64,000 bases of DNA from Azolla caroliniana (Eukaryota > Plantae > Polypodiophyta). A model generated the notes under the pieces. That model was given only the letters and a program-made list of their open reading frames with translations. It did no database searches and was not told where the DNA came from. Positions 21,132 through 35,671 of this stretch are shown here, piece after piece. The DNA is taken from positions 4,402,001-4,466,000 of the forward strand of contig JBHGNT010000011.1 of assembly GCA_043228905.1 (NCBI GenBank), read 5' to 3'. A program made the position numbers and the translations under genes. How positions within the stretch are numbered: position 1 is the first letter of the stretch; every line of letters starts with the position of its first letter.

Positions 21132-21739
21132 TGACGAGAACTACACATCCCCTATGTGCAACGCTCGGCCACAACGGAGCTTAGAATCATACACAGAAAA
21201 CAAGAAAGAATGCACGACACCGTGAAGAGAAGAGTACACAGGATGTTTACGTGGAAAACCCAAACTAGGGAAAAAACCACGGCAGCCCACAGGCTGCAAA
21301 CTATCACTATGTTACAGAGTACAACAGTAAAGCACCGAGGCAACAACCTCGAGCTTTCTAGGCGGCGGTTACAACAGAGGCAACGACCTCTTCCTCTCTC
21401 TCTCTCTCTCTCTCTGTACATAGTTACGCGCTCTAATCTCTCACGCCAACAAGAACGCCAACAACTATCTAAAAGTTTGCCCTAAGTCATATTTATACTA
21501 ATATGACTTTTCGGCTATTTACAAATATAGCCACGATGGACTCTCAGAAACATATTTACGAATATGTCTCTTCATCCGGTGAGCACTCCTCACCGGGTCT
21601 ACATCATCCGGCTCTCACCGGGTCTGCACCATCCGGCTCTCCGTAGCCGGGTACTCCTCATCCGGTTTCGGCCTCGGCCGAGTTTGCTCATCAGCACTGT
21701 TCTTCTTCCTTCCCATCCGGAGGGACCTGTCTCCCAACA
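21132..21739 (-). mobile_element. Solo LTR (608 bp) inserted in the Copia B integrase
   Basis: TG...CA ends with TSD AGACC (21127-21131 and 21740-21744). The terminus gggacctgtctcccaaca resembles the Copia A LTR. Confidence 0.85.
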
Positions 21740-24700
21740 AGACCCTTGAGTTGAACATGCTTGCATAGAGGATGAACCGGACAATCATGGAGAGAGTAAG
21801 GAGCATGTTGCCGCATGCAAAATTGCCAAAAATATACTGGGCTGAGGCGATGTACACGGTTGTTTATATAATCAACAGGTCCCCCTCAGTATCGTTGAAA
21901 GGTGATGTCCCACAAAGGGTGTGGACAGGAAAGGATGTCTCCTATCGACACCTGAGGGTGTTCGGATGCCTAGTGTATATGCATGTAGCTAAGGATCAGA
22001 GGTCAAAGCTCGACGGTAAGTCAAAACCATGCATATTCATGGGATACTCAGAAGATGAGTTTGGCTATAGGCTATGGGACCTAGTTGACAAGAAGGTAGT
22101 GAGGAATCGGGACGTAGTCTTCTTCGAAGACAAGACCATAGAGGACTAGAAGCAACAGAAGTCAGAATCGACTAATTAGTCAACCTCCACTACTATCAAC
22201 TTGAGGCCAAGTGAACCAACACAGTCGGCTGTTCGGAGATAGCCAGTCGGCACAGCCGAATCTGAGTCAGTCGACTCAGAGAGACCGACTGACTATGAGT
22301 TGGAGTCAACAGATATGTTAAAGTCGATCGATGAATACGAATCGGAGTCAATGGACATCCGACAACCGATCGACATGAACGAACTGAGAGAAGAGTTGGC
22401 AGAGACATCCGAATGAGGGCCAACAATGAGTGGAAGGAGATACCCACTCAGAGAAAGGAGAGCACTGACGACGTATGCCAATCAATACATCCTCTTGACT
22501 AATGAAGGTGAACCTGAGTGCTATGACGAAGCCATTGCCAACAAGCACAAAGAAAAATGGTTGAGCGCAATGCGGAATGAGATGGACTCCCTACATAAGA
22601 ACTACACCTATGACCTAGTAGAACTACCGAAAGGTAAGAGAGCACTTAGGAATAAATGGGTCTACAAGGTGAAGACTGGAGAAGTTGACAGTGTGCCTAG
22701 GTATAAAGCCAGCATTGTAGTGAAGGGTTTCCAACTAAAAAAGGGCGTCGACTTTGACGAAATATTCGCTCCAGTCATGAAGATGACATCCATTAGAACT
22801 GTTCTGAGCATAGCTGCTAGTATGGATCTGGAGATCGAATAGTTGGATGTCAAGACAGCATTCTTGCACGGGGAGTTGGATGAAGAGACTTACATGCAAC
22901 AACCCGAATACCATATGCCTCAATCGTTGGCAGCTTAATGTATGCTATGGTCTGTACGAGACCAGACAAATCATTTGCTATGGGAACAGTAAACCGATAC
23001 ATAAGTAATCCAGGACGAGAACACTGGGCAGCAGTGAAATGGATACTCAGGTATTTCAAAGACACCTCGGGTGTGTGTCTTAAGTATGGTTTCAAAAAAC
23101 CCATGCTCGAAGGGTTTACTGACTCGGACATGTCGGGGGATGTAGACTCAAGACGGTCCACATTAGGGTACGTGATGACCTATGCAGGGGGAGAAGTGTC
23201 GTGGCCGTCACGATTGCAAAAGTCTATGGCCTTGTCAACCATAGAGGTAGAGACATGGCAGCGGTACAAGCCGGCAAGGAGCTGATTTGGATGAGAAACT
23301 TTCTCAATGAGTTGGGGATGAAGCAAAAGGATTTCTTGCTTCACTGTGACAGCTAGAGTGCCATACATCTAACCAAGAATGTCCACTCCTAGACCAAGCA
23401 CATACAGAGAAGGTATCACTGGCTACGGGAGAAAGTCGAAGAAGGAGAGTTTACCCTCATGAAGATCCATACTAACAACAATGGATCCGACATGTTGACA
23501 AAGAACCTACCGATGTACCGACTTAGAGTTTGTCGATAGAGAACAGGAATGACAGAATCCTCCTACAGGAGTGAAGGGGGAGTTTGTTAGGAATATGTCC
23601 CTCCAGTGGGAGGAGCCGACTACTCGGAGAGAGTCGACAGTCAAAGACAAGGAGTAGCCGATTGATTGGATGAGAGCCGACAGTCGAAGACAGGGGGCAG
23701 CCAACTAATCAGATGGGAACCGAAAATTGAGGAGTCGACTCAAAGAGAGTTGATTGAGGTCGAAGACACGACTGGCTAGTCGGGCCGACCAGATGGTCGA
23801 TGACCAGGCTGACTAGTCAGACCGACCCGATAGTCGATGAATGAGTCGGTTGATACGAAAGACTACTATTATTATGAATGGATAATAATAATGGCCACGA
23901 TCGTAAATAACCCATTCTGTGTATTAGTATAAATACACCTAGGGCAAACAAAACATATAGAGATATAGATGTGTGAGGCTTAGTAGTGTAGAGAGATAGA
24001 GAAGAGAGTGTGTGTGAGAGCGTGAGAGAGTGAGCGGTGCCATAGCTGCGTTTAGTAACAGCATACGCCAAGAGCCCTGAGAGGCTGTTTACACTCTGTG
24101 TAGGGAGAGTGTTGTACTCTGATCTCGTAGTTGTATATCCATTGTATAGTGAAGCTCTGTTCTCCGTGGTTTTCTCCCGCTTTAGGGTTTCCACGTTAAA
24201 TCTGTGTACATTGTTTTCTAGGCTTTAGAGTTGTGTATTTCAACATATTCCTTTTCTAGTGGATTGACGATTCATTTCTCAATAGTATCTTCATCATCTC
24301 TGTCTTCTTCGTCTTGGTCTTCGGACTTTGCTTTCTGGACAGCTTGCAGTTTGCTAAAAGTGTCGACCTGACCGGCTTCGCATTCGTTATGTTGAACCAT
24401 TGAAGCACCTTTGTCACATACTTCTCTTGTGACAACCACAACATCTTCTTCATCCGGTTCCGGATTATGTGCATCCCAAGGATCTATCTCGCCGGACCTA
24501 GATCTTTCATTGAGAAGGTTCGGTGTAAGGCCTTCTTCATATTCCTGATTTTGATCCGATCCAATTCGACGATTGGCATGTCATCCACATACAACAACAG
24601 TATCAAGAAGTCTCCTCCGTTGAACTTCTTCACAAATACATAGTGGTCGGCTTGTGTCTTGTGGTATCCCTGGTCGATCATGAAGGAGTCAAACTTCCGG

Positions 24701-26610
24701 TACCATTGTCGGGGAGCTTGCTTCAGTCTGTATAAGCTCTTCTTCAATCGACATACCAAGTGCTCCTTCCCTTGCTTGACAAGCCCCTCCGGTTGTTGCA
24801 TGTAGATCTCTTCTTCGAGGTCTCAGGTCACCGTGCAGGAACGGCGTCTTGACGATTAGCTGCCCGACCTCGAGGTCCATGCTTGTCGTTATGCTCAACA
24901 TAGTCCAGATGGATGTCATCTTTACTATCGGGGCAAAGATCTCATCGAAATCCACTCCTTTCTTCTATTGGAAGCCCTTCACCACAATGCGGGCCTTATA
25001 CCTTGGTGGATTTCTGGCGTCTCATGGTTTCAACTTGTACACCCACTTGTTCCGGAGCGCTCTCTTTCCTTTCCACAGCTCCGTCAGTTCATATGTGTGG
25101 TTCTCATGCAAGGAATCCATCTCGTCCTGCATGGCACTTAACCACTTGCGGTTGTGGGTGTCTTTCTTTGCTTCTTCGAAGCTTTCCATCTCCCCCTCAT
25201 CGGTCAGTAGAACATGCTCTGCATCCGGAAATTCTGAGGGGCTCCTCTCCATAAGAGGATATCTTCTTCCTTGGTTCTCGACCACCGGTTCCTCCAACTG
25301 TTCTTCATCCGAATCCGATTCAAGGTCTTGTCTGGTTCTTGTGTCCAAATCTTCTTCTTTGGTCGGTTCGGTTTCTTGCCCAATTCCAGCCGGTTCCTCG
25401 AGTGTCATTCGGTTTCCAACCGGATGGGTCCTTGTATCTTTCGACCAGTCTCTGTCGGTCAACCCGGAGTCCACTATCTTCTTCTCTGACTCCCAGTCGG
25501 CAATGTTCTTGTCTTCCATGAAGACTATGTCTCAACTCCAGAAGACCTTCTTCTTGACTTAATCCCACACTCGGTACCCAAACTCATCATCGTTGTATCC
25601 AAGGAATATGCATGGTCAGGACTTCGGGTCCAACTTTGCTCTCTCGTCCTCTGCAACATGCACGTAGGCAAGACAGCTAAACACCTTCAGATACTAGTAA
25701 GACACGTCTTCACCGGTCCATACTCTTTGTGGTGTGTCTCCGTCCAAGGGTGCTGAGGGTGATCTGTTAATCATGTAAGTCTTCGTCATCAACGCCTCAG
25801 CCCAAAACATCTTGGATAGTTTAGCATGTGCCAACATGCTCTGGACTCTCTCCATTACGATCCGAGTCATCCTTTCGGCCAATTCGTTCAGCTCCGATGT
25901 CTTCGGCATAGTGAATTCAAGCCGGATTCCCTTTGATCGGCAGTACTCCTCAAACTGCTCCTTGTATTCTCCTCTACTGTCCGCTCGAACTGCCTTCAAC
26001 TTCTGGCCGGTTTCCCTTCCCACCCTCACGTGGAATTCCTTGATGACAGATAATACCTGGTCCTTTGTCTTCGGCAGTGAGACCCACCACTTCCGGTTGT
26101 GGTCGTCTATGAACGTCACGAAGTACTGCGATCCGGCATGTGACTTCGTGTCCATTTGGCATACATCGGTATGCACAAGTTCCAACAGTGCATTCCTTCT
26201 CCACGGTGGTCTCGACCAGTGTCCAGTTTCTTGTCCCCAAACTGTACCGGCAACCAGAGATCTTTGACCACGAGCATGTCACTCATCTTTGACTTCCACA
26301 CTAAGTAGTTGGAGTTAGTGAGCTTGAACATGCTTCTGAATTACTATTCCATTTGTTGTTCACTCTAATACCAGATCGTGCGGAATTAGCACTCGGCCAC
26401 AACCGGCTATTAGACACTCAATGGAAGAAACAGAAAACCAGAAATGAGACGACACAAGATGTATGTGGAAAACCCTAATCAGGAAAAACCACGGGAGCCT
26501 AGAGACTCCAACTATCACTATAAGAGAAGAAGGATACAATGTGAGACTCAAAGGCAACGACCTCGAGCTCTATATCTTCGCCAACTGACGGTTACAACAG
26601 AAACTACTTT

Positions 26611-26663
<53 letters not shown>

Positions 26664-26934
26664 CTCTCTATACAACAATAATGATGACAACAACTACTAC
26701 TTAACAATTTGCCCCAGTTGCTTATATACTAGAACAACTTCCAGGCTATTTACAAATATGACCTCAATAGTCATGTCAGAACATATTTGCAAATATGTTC
26801 CTACTTGTTGGTTCATACCAGATATAGCCGGACTCCTTCTAGATCCATCCGGTCCGATTTCTTCCTTCATCCCGTCTGATCCGGCTCGTCTGGTTCTCAT
26901 CCAGATCCCATCCAGAGGGACCTGTTTCCCAACA

Positions 26935-28870
26935 ATAATCACCTCTGTCCCAATCAGATAGGAGGTTTCAATCAGATAGTCCTTGTCAGCCTTCACCGTT
27001 GAAACCTAGGTGTATCCTCTTTGCCGCTCACTCAAAACCTTTGTGCTGAATCGGATGGCGAACCTTGTGCCGCCTTCTGCCTCCTGATTAATTACACATC
27101 CAATTCCGATCGAACTCGTGTCGATCGTCACGTATATCGGGGATTCCTTTCCATAGACCGCCTTCTAGAGAGTCGACGCCACTGTCAACATCCCCTTTAG
27201 TCTTTTCACAACCTCTATGTGCTCCTCTCCCCATTCGAACTTCCACCCCTTCTTCAATAAACCGTACAATGGCTTTGCAATATGCACATATTGGGGAATC
27301 CAAATGTGGTAAAAGGTCCCAAGAATCGTCGAACCTCCGTGGTCGACCTACAATCCTCCTTCGTTGCTAAGATGGCCTCGACCTTAGCCGGAGACGGCTT
27401 CCGACCATAGGGTCCGCATAGGTGACCAACCACCAGGATCTTTGACTGTCTGAATGCCTACTTTTCTCTTGAGAAGGTTACAGGGGGCCTTCCAATCTCT
27501 ACAGTATCTTCTCGCAGTCAGCAATGTGGTCAGCAACGAACTTCCAACATCTATCTTCTCCAACAGACTTGTCCTTTTGATCCTCCGAACACCCCTTTAT
27601 CGGGATATCATTCAAGAACAGCATGGTGATATCCAAGATGTAATCCCTCAATACCTTGTTCATTGTGTTCACCATGTGTGCCACCAAATTCATCCCTCCT
27701 TACGACAGGGTACACATCTGAACTAAGACGAGAGGGGTCCACATCGTCATGATGTCCCTACTTTCGATCGCTAGGTAGAATTGTTCATACCCCAAACACA
27801 AGTTGTCGACCGCATAGATCGACCTTCCGGCAAAGGCCTCCACAAACTCATCAATGGTCGGTCCTACCCCTGCATTTTGGATTGTCACCTTGTTGATTGG
27901 TTGCAGGTCCTATATGAAGTGCAACGTGTCGTTCTTCTTCAGCACCATAAACCACCAATTTGAATATGGGGCACTCGATAGTTCGAGGATCCCTATATTG
28001 ACCTTCTCTTTGAGCAGCTCCATCAACTTTAGGATGTGAGCTCTCGGAATGGGGATTGGTTTGAGGCTCCACGACACATGTGGTACCATGAAGATCACCA
28101 TTGGTTCCACCATCGTCGGGTCGACGCACCCGATCTCCTTCGGCAAGAAGGTAAAAGCCTTACCACGGCCCTTGAGCATTCTTCAGAACCTGTCCTCCTC
28201 CACGGGTAGTAGGAAACCACCCCCACCGATCTTGAGCATCTATAGTGTCTCATCGGTGAACCGATGTCCTATCCCACACTGGTCTTGTAAACTCGAGTCG
28301 GTCACGATTCCTTTTTGTAGAAGTCCATTGACATCAAGTTTATCTCCGATCCGTGGTCAATCAGCGCCACCACCAGCTCCTTCACGTCCCCGATCCGGAC
28401 CTATGTCTCTGTTGTAGCCCTTACCCAGTGCAGCCGCTTGCAATGGCTATCGGCATACTCTTCTTCTAACGCCACTTCGTCGATAACTGTTGCTTTACCT
28501 CGATCGATTTCCCTCTTTTCGGCTTTGTTAAGAGTAGTTTCTTTTTTACCAAGTCGATGATTGTGTAGTGGAATTTCTTCTTGGCAAAACCCGATACTTA
28601 TCGTGATGTGAATTCCACCCGACTATCGAGGATTCGCTCCTCGAAGAACTTCCACGTGTCTATTGACTTCTCTATCTTCGAGCTCAACCAGAAGCTCGAC
28701 AATTTTCCATTTGCCTTCTCTTGGGGGTCAATCGGGCCACCATCACCCCTTTTTGGCCCACTCCAGATGTCGTACCTTCCCAAAGGACCTACCCCTTTCA
28801 CCTTCCCGACCCGTTTATCTTTGACTAGAACTTTGTAGTTCTAGCATGCAGCTTCTACGAAGTTGGTCTT
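26935..28870 (-). mobile_element. Gypsy G1 continued: degenerate RT/RNase H region
   Basis: GILELSSAPYSNWWFMV, GVGPTIDEFVEAFAG and YLIGTEVII. The reading frame joins 6827 across Copia A. Confidence 0.75.
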
Positions 28871-31800
28871 TGTAAACATGAGTGTTTGCGGAAGCGTAAA
28901 ATAGAGAACAACACACACACACACACACACACACACACAGCAGAACACAGTTTCAAAATTATTTCAAGACCATGTATACACACTGCACTAAGTAGCACTA
29001 TTTATACAAGTCCTCTTGGGACTGACAGAAGTATTATGTACTTCAATGCTCACACGAGCATCTGACACTTACTACGAGACTATAGCTACCTAGTAGTCTA
29101 TCCTATACTAGGCTTCCGATTGGACTTCCGGTTACAGATTGCACCCGGCCTCCACTGCTTGCCGGTTCGGTTGCTCACCGTCATACCGATCCGTTTCGCC
29201 CGATCCGCCTCACTTACCGGCTCCGGCTTATTCAGCTGATCCGGCTCCGGTTGAGCTTGCCGCTCCACACTCCCCCTCAAGCTCAACCTGAGGTGGGGTC
29301 GTAGTGTCGACCTCTGTGGCAGTCAGTTCTTCCAACCGACTTCTCCTGGCGTCACTCCGCCTTGCTCGCGCTCCTCGTCCGGTCCGGTCCCGTTTGCCGG
29401 GACCCCTTTGGTTCTGCGCGCCTCGACCCTCTCGGTCGGCATGTCTGCTCAATAGGCCCATCTCAGCACTCACGTTGTTGTGACTCCAGCGCTTGCCGAT
29501 CCGTCGGTTCTCCCACGATGGCATCGACTTCCGCTGTGTCTGTGTCCCCTTGGCCTTAAGTCGATCCGACTCATCCGGATCCATCTGTTGATCCGAGTCA
29601 GCTGTCTTCGACTCGTTCCAGCTCTTGTCCGAATCGGTACACTCCGATTCGACTTCCGGCTTCAGGCCTCTCACCACATCGGACCACTTCCGAGTCTTGG
29701 CCTTCTCCATGCTTCCCTCGGCTTCTTCAGCCGGTGAACCGAAATCGAATTCTTCATTCGACTCCGCATCATGGTAAGTACCGTCGTGATGACCTTCGCA
29801 CAGCATGCACTTCTCTTCCTGAGTGCACAACTCTTCTTCACAGCCGCTTGCTCCGACCTGTTCAGATGTGTCAACTTCCTTCGTCGACTCGGCTTCCTTC
29901 ATCTTCTTGTCTCCTCTTCTTCCGGCTCTCCTCTTACCAACGGGTTCAACAATTTTTTGGCCTTTGCCCGTTTCGGTAGAGACTTTGCCCTTGCTTCTCC
30001 CCCTCAAGTGCGGCACGTCGAGATGCTGAATACCAAGCATGTCGGTAAAGTGTTGCAACTTGTCCGATCCGAGCGGCTTGGTGAAGATGTCGGCAACTTG
30101 CCGATCCGTATGAACATACCGTAGGTCAACTTCACCGCTCAGGACCCGCTCACGCACAAAGTGGTAGTGCACCTCGATGTGCTTTGTGCGAGCATGGAAC
30201 ACAGGGTTCCTGGCGAGCTGCAGGCTGCTCATGTTATCGCAGTAAATCGGGATTGGGGTCAGTACCTCGATTCGCAAGTCTCGCAGCAGTCGCCGAAGCC
30301 AGATGGCTTCACAAGTGGCAACGGTAGTGGCCCGGTACTCAGTCTCAGTGCTTGACAAAGCCACTTTGGGCTGCTTCTTGTTGCTCCACGCAATGACCGC
30401 GCTACCTATGGAGAACATGTATCCGGAAGTGGAGCGGCGATCAGACGCATCGCCGGCCCAGTCAGCATCTGTGTAACCGACAAGCTCTTCGGGTATACCT
30501 CGCCGGTATAGCAGTCCCCGGTCCTTAGTGCCGCTGACATATCGTAATATTCGTTGCGCGCACTGAAGGTGCTCCATGGTCGGCTTCTGCATGAACTGAC
30601 TTACCATGCCGACCGGATAGCTGATGTCGGGTCGGGTGATGGTTAGGTAGATCAGGCTTCCGACAACCTGTCGGAACCGTTTCTCATTGTAGGCCGGTCC
30701 GGAGTTGGGACGGAGCTTCTGGTTCCGGTCCAGGGGTGTGGAGACAGGTCGGCAATCCGTCATGCCGAACTTATACAGCATATTCAACACGTAATGTCGT
30801 TGTGAGAGCAATATGCCGTCGGGGGTCCGGATCACTTCGATCCCAAGAAAATAATGAAGGTCCCCCAGGTCCTTCATTTCGAATGCGTCCAACAATTGGG
30901 ACTTGACGCGGTTGATTTCGGGAAGACCCGGTCTGGTGATGACTAAATCATCCACATACAAGAGTATACATACCGGATCGTCAAAGCCTGGCCGGATGAA
31001 CAACGAAGAGTCTGACTTAGAGACAGCAAACCCCAACTTACGCAACCGGTGCGTGATCTTCGTGTTCCAAGCTCGGGGGGCTTGCTTCAAGCCGTAAAGC
31101 GACTTCTTCAGTCGGCATACCGCCGACTTGTTCATCTCCGATTGAAATCCAGGGGGTTGAGTCATAAAGACTTCTTCTTCAAGCTCTCCTTGAAGGAAGG
31201 CGTTCTTCACATCCAACTGGTGAAGATGCCACCCCCTTGCCGCAGCAACCGCTAGTACCACACGAACCGTCGTCATCTTCGCCACAGGAGCGAAGGTCTT
31301 GTCGTAGTCGATTCCGTGGGTCTACGCGTATCCCTTCGCCACTAACCGGGCTTTGTACCGGTTAACAGAACCGTCGGCATTGTACTTGACCTTGTACACC
31401 CAGTTGCATCCAATCGGTTTACAGTGACGGGGAGGATCAACTAGGTCCCAAGTTTCGTTGGCATCAAGTGCCCGCATTTCTTCGTCCATAGCGGCACACC
31501 AATTTGCGTCCTTTGCCGCTTCTGCGTAGCTCTCCGGCTCACGCACTTCTGTCACCTTAGTCATGTACGCATAATGATGCGCCATGTATTCATTGTACCC
31601 GTACCGCATGACGAGATCCTTCTGGCGGGTTGATCGGCGCAACGCACCATCACCTGATTTGAGGCCCTTCTTGGCCAGTTCGATCTTTGTTGCCGAAGAT
31701 CCGCCTTTCTCCTTTCCGGAGTCGGATACGCACCGATCCGACTCATCGTTGCCGGTTTCGAATTTCGGCATCTTCCTCTTCCCCTTCTCTTTGCGCGTGA

Positions 31801-34426
31801 ACCGTTTCCTTGGTTCCTTGCGCGGGGAGAGCACGGCAGAGTCTCCACCACTTGCCGTCTCTTCATCTGACTGGTCCAACCGACTCAGTCACTCAACCGT
31901 AACGATTCCGGACTCTCATCTTGAGTCCCAGCTTCATCATCCTCTGCCAGGGCTGATTCAGGCTCACTGACCTGATCTTCCGACATTGGGTCGGGATCGG
32001 AAGTCGGAGTCGGTACGGAGTACCAGGATGCCGATTCATCGAACTCGACATCCCGGCTAACTCGGACTTCCTTCGTCCGGGGGTTATAGCACTTATACCC
32101 CTTTTGCTCTTGAGCATAGCCGACTAGGATGCATTTTTCCGATTTTGCATCCAGCTTTCTCCACTTTTGATCCGGCACATGCACATACGCTATGCTGCCG
32201 AATATCCGAAGGTGTCTTAAGTTCGGCTTGCGCCCGAAATACAACTCATGAGCTGACACCTTGTCACCAATGCGGTTTTGTATGTAGACGATCGTACGAA
32301 CTGCCTCCGCCCAATAGAACCGGGACATGCTCTTCTCCTCCAGCATCACCCTTGTCGCTTCGACGAGTGTCCGGTTCTTCCTTTCGGCCACACCGTTTTG
32401 CTCCGGTGTGTATCTGCAGCTGAACTCTCGCCGAATTCCCTTCTGCTGCAGATAACTAGTGAATTGGCCGGAAAAATATTCCTTTTCGCCATCCGACCGA
32501 AGGCATTTGATCTTCCTCTCCGATTCCCATTCCACCATCTTCTAGAGGCTCCGGAAACAGTCGAAGACTTCTCTCTTCCGCTCAATGAGGTAGATCCAAG
32601 TATGTCGAGTATAGTCGTCGATGAAGGAGACAAAGTATCGGCTCCCGCCAAGGCTTACACTTTGTGTCGGTCCCCACACATCCGAATGGATGAGATCGAG
32701 CTTGTTACAGCTCCGGTTCCGTTCGGTGGGGAATGGAAGCCGGTGTTGCTTCCCAAGTTGGCAGGCTTCACAAATTTCGGCTCTCCGGCCGCTGAACTTC
32801 GGCAAACCGAAAACAACTTGTTTCGTTTGCAGATCTTGAAGCCTCCGGTAGTTGACGTGGCCTATCCGCTTGTGCCGCAGGTCGATGTTCGACTTGACCT
32901 TCTGTCGTTTCGCGAACAGAGCGGTGCCAAAGTCATTGGTGTTGAGGATAAACATCCTCCCGTCTCTGCGTCCTTGCGCAATGACTTCGTCCTCATCCTC
33001 AATGAAGCACCCGAGGTGCGTAAACCGCACCTGCATCCCCTGGTCGACAATCTGACCGACGGACACCAGGTTCTTCGTGATTGTCGGAACGTGTAATACG
33101 TTCATCAGCTTCCCTTTCTGTCCGACGTGGCTTAGAGGGACTTCTCCGACGTGCACGATTGGGTGAGGAGTGTCGTCTCCGGTTTCGACTACTCCTGGTC
33201 GATCCGGTTTCTCCAGAAAGGAGAACCACTCTTTGTGGCTCGTCATGTGGTTCGATGCGCCGGAATCAACATACCACACTTCCTCCATTTTGGAAGTGGT
33301 CTTCTTCATTGAGTTTGCCTTGTGATTCATCACCAAGGTTGGCCCCTTACCGGCCTTTCCGGTTCCGGATCCTCCTTATCCGTTTGCGTAGTGCGAGTTT
33401 TCCCGACCATCCTTACCGGTCTTGCCGGATCCGGATTTGTCCGAATCGGCACGCTTTCTCCAGCACTCGCTTTCCCTGTGGCCTTTTTTGCCACAGTACC
33501 AGCATTCCGTAGCGGATTTGTCTTGTCGGCCTCCCACACCACCTTGACTCCCCTTGCTTGTGGAAGTCCCGGAACTGTTGTCGGCACGCTCATAGTGCCT
33601 CCGTTCCTACTCTTGTTGGTCACCTCCATTGCGTGCCGACCCACCTCTTCCACCATGCCCACGGAGCCGATCCATTCCCGTGTACAGCATTCAGCTGTCC
33701 GGGGATGCACTGGTAGATGCACCGGCGTGGTTCTCCTCTACAAGGAGCATCGACTGTAAGTCGAAGAATGAGGGGGTATTCTCCCTTGTACACACCGCAG
33801 TCCAGAATGCTCCGAACTTGGACGCCAGGCCTCCGAGACATACCTGCACCATCTCGTCTTCCTCTACGGTAACATTGATAGAGGCGAGCGAGTCGCAGAT
33901 CTCCTTTATCCGGCCCATGTAGTCTGCCACGGACATGTTCTTTTGTCGAACATTGCTCAACTCCTGTCTGAGTTGCAGCTTCCGGGCAGTGGTGCTTGCG
34001 GCGAAAACCTTTTTCAGGTTCCCCCAAGCATCCTTCGGTGTCTTGGCGTCACGGATGTGGCTGAGCAGCTGATCGCCGACACTGGACGCGAAGCAGTACA
34101 TCACCCTACTTGCCGCTTGTTCCCATACCGGGAAGTCCTTGTGTGTCGAGTCGGGCGCCACATCATTCGCTCTTTCGACATAACTCCAGTACCCGTGTCC
34201 AAGCAGGTACTGGTGCATCTTGTAAGACCAGGATGCGTAGTTGCTCCTGTCGAGCTTCTCCACCGGGAGCGACGTAGCCAAGCCTCTATCCATGTCTTCT
34301 ACTGTGTTTGTTTTCGACCTGTTAGGGTTTTCTTCTCAAGAGTAAATGTCTGCTGCAGAGGTTCTCAACCCTCGCGCTCTGATACCATGTAAACGTGAGT
34401 GTTAGCGGAAGCGTAAAACAGAGAAC

Positions 34427-34471
<45 letters not shown>

Positions 34472-34800
34472 CAGAACACAGTTTCAAAATTATTTCAAGA
34501 CCATGTATACACACTGCACTAAGTAGCACTATTTATACAAGTCCTCTTGGGATTGACAGAAGTACTATGTACTTCAATGCTCACACGAGCATCTGACACT
34601 TACTACGAGACTATAGCTACCTAGTAGTCTATCCTATACTAGGCTTCCAATTGGACTTCCGGTTACGGATTGCACCCGGCCTCCACTGCTTGCCGGTTCG
34701 GTTGCTCACCGTCATACCGATCCGTTTTGCCCGATCCGTCTCGCTTACCGGCTCCGGCTTATTCAGCCGATCCGGCTCCAGTTTAGCTTGCCACTCAACA
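28871..34800 (-). mobile_element. Near-intact Copia LTR retrotransposon C (5930 bp)
   Basis: LTRs at 28871-29269 and 34388-34800, TSD GTCTT, PBS tggtatcagagc abutting the 5' LTR, and PPT at 29270. Gag, protease (WYVDSGAS), integrase, RT (LLYVDD) and RNase H span 34293-29228 with a few stops and frameshifts. Confidence 0.93.
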
Positions 34801-34805
34801 GTCTT

Positions 34806-35671
34806 TTCCTCCACCGGATTGTTCCATTTGGTGACCTCCTAGACTTGCCTCTCCGTGTGATCCACTTCTTCTCTCTTCAACCTTTTCCCGGAGAAGCCCA
34901 CCAACACCACCGGCCAGAATCCGATGTCGTTCCCTGTCCCGACGCTCTTATCTCCTCCGACCCGAATACCTGTCGACACATAGTAGTGGATGGCTTTGAC
35001 GTGTCGCGCCTCCTCCTCCTCCATTATCCTCTTCATGCCACCTCGTCTGGTGTTCATCTCCAAAGTCCTTCACATTTCACTCACGTATACCCGGCCATTC
35101 CAGCGGTACACCACGTTGTTCCTCAGTGCCTCAGCGAAGTCGGTGCAGTCCCTCCAGATGTGGTTGACACCGTTGCACCACATGCACCTAAGGCCATTAG
35201 GTGGGCACCGGTCACGCAATTGACCCTCGCCATCCCTCCGAGCCTAATCTATATGGAGGTCACGCACCATCTTCGTTAGCTCCTCCAACGTTGCACCCCC
35301 GGACGGTCCCTCGACCACATTGGTCGGTATCGGGCCCAAGTCGGCCCACCTTTTTGCCTCGCCTGACCGAGTCGCCCCCTCCCCCATTAGTCCTCTTGTG
35401 GTTGATGTCGATCCTTCCTCATTCCACTCCCGTTGTTTGTCAAAACGGCTACAAACCCTTTTAACCATGGCCCAGTCGGTCGTGAGCCCTTCGTCCGTCT
35501 CCAAGAGGAGACCTACCTTCTCTTGGTCTCTTACGTCAATCGTCGTTATTAACAACAGGACCTTGCTCATGTCGAGCACTATCCTGTCCAGCACCAAGAA
35601 CCGAGCAAACCACTTCTCAAACTCCTGGAGAAGCGTCGTCGTGTTTCTTCCCTTTTCGGGAAGTTCAACCC
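34806..35671 (-). mobile_element. Gypsy G1 continued: degenerate gag
   Basis: ORF 35244-35597 (...LEELTKMVRDLHI) followed by a degenerate Cys/His knuckle. It is contiguous with 28870 across the Copia C TSD. Confidence 0.65.

Larger units (their letters stand above)
8390..24284 (+). mobile_element. Copia LTR retrotransposon B inserted in the RT of Copia A; 5' internal region missing
   Basis: Similar LTRs at 8390-9015 and 23585-24284, PPT ggagtgaagggggag before 23585, and a near-TSD atatc/gtatc. Integrase, RT and RNase H remnants at 20868-23560. Confidence 0.8.
6828..26934 (-). mobile_element. Copia LTR retrotransposon A (degenerate), host of nested insertions
   Basis: LTRs at 6828-7704 and 26377-26934. 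TSD ATAAT at 6823-6827 and 26935-26939. PPT next to 7705 and a Met-type PBS (tggtattagag) at about 26363-26373. Integrase/RT at 24290-26185 and RNase H at 7715-8370. Confidence 0.88.
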
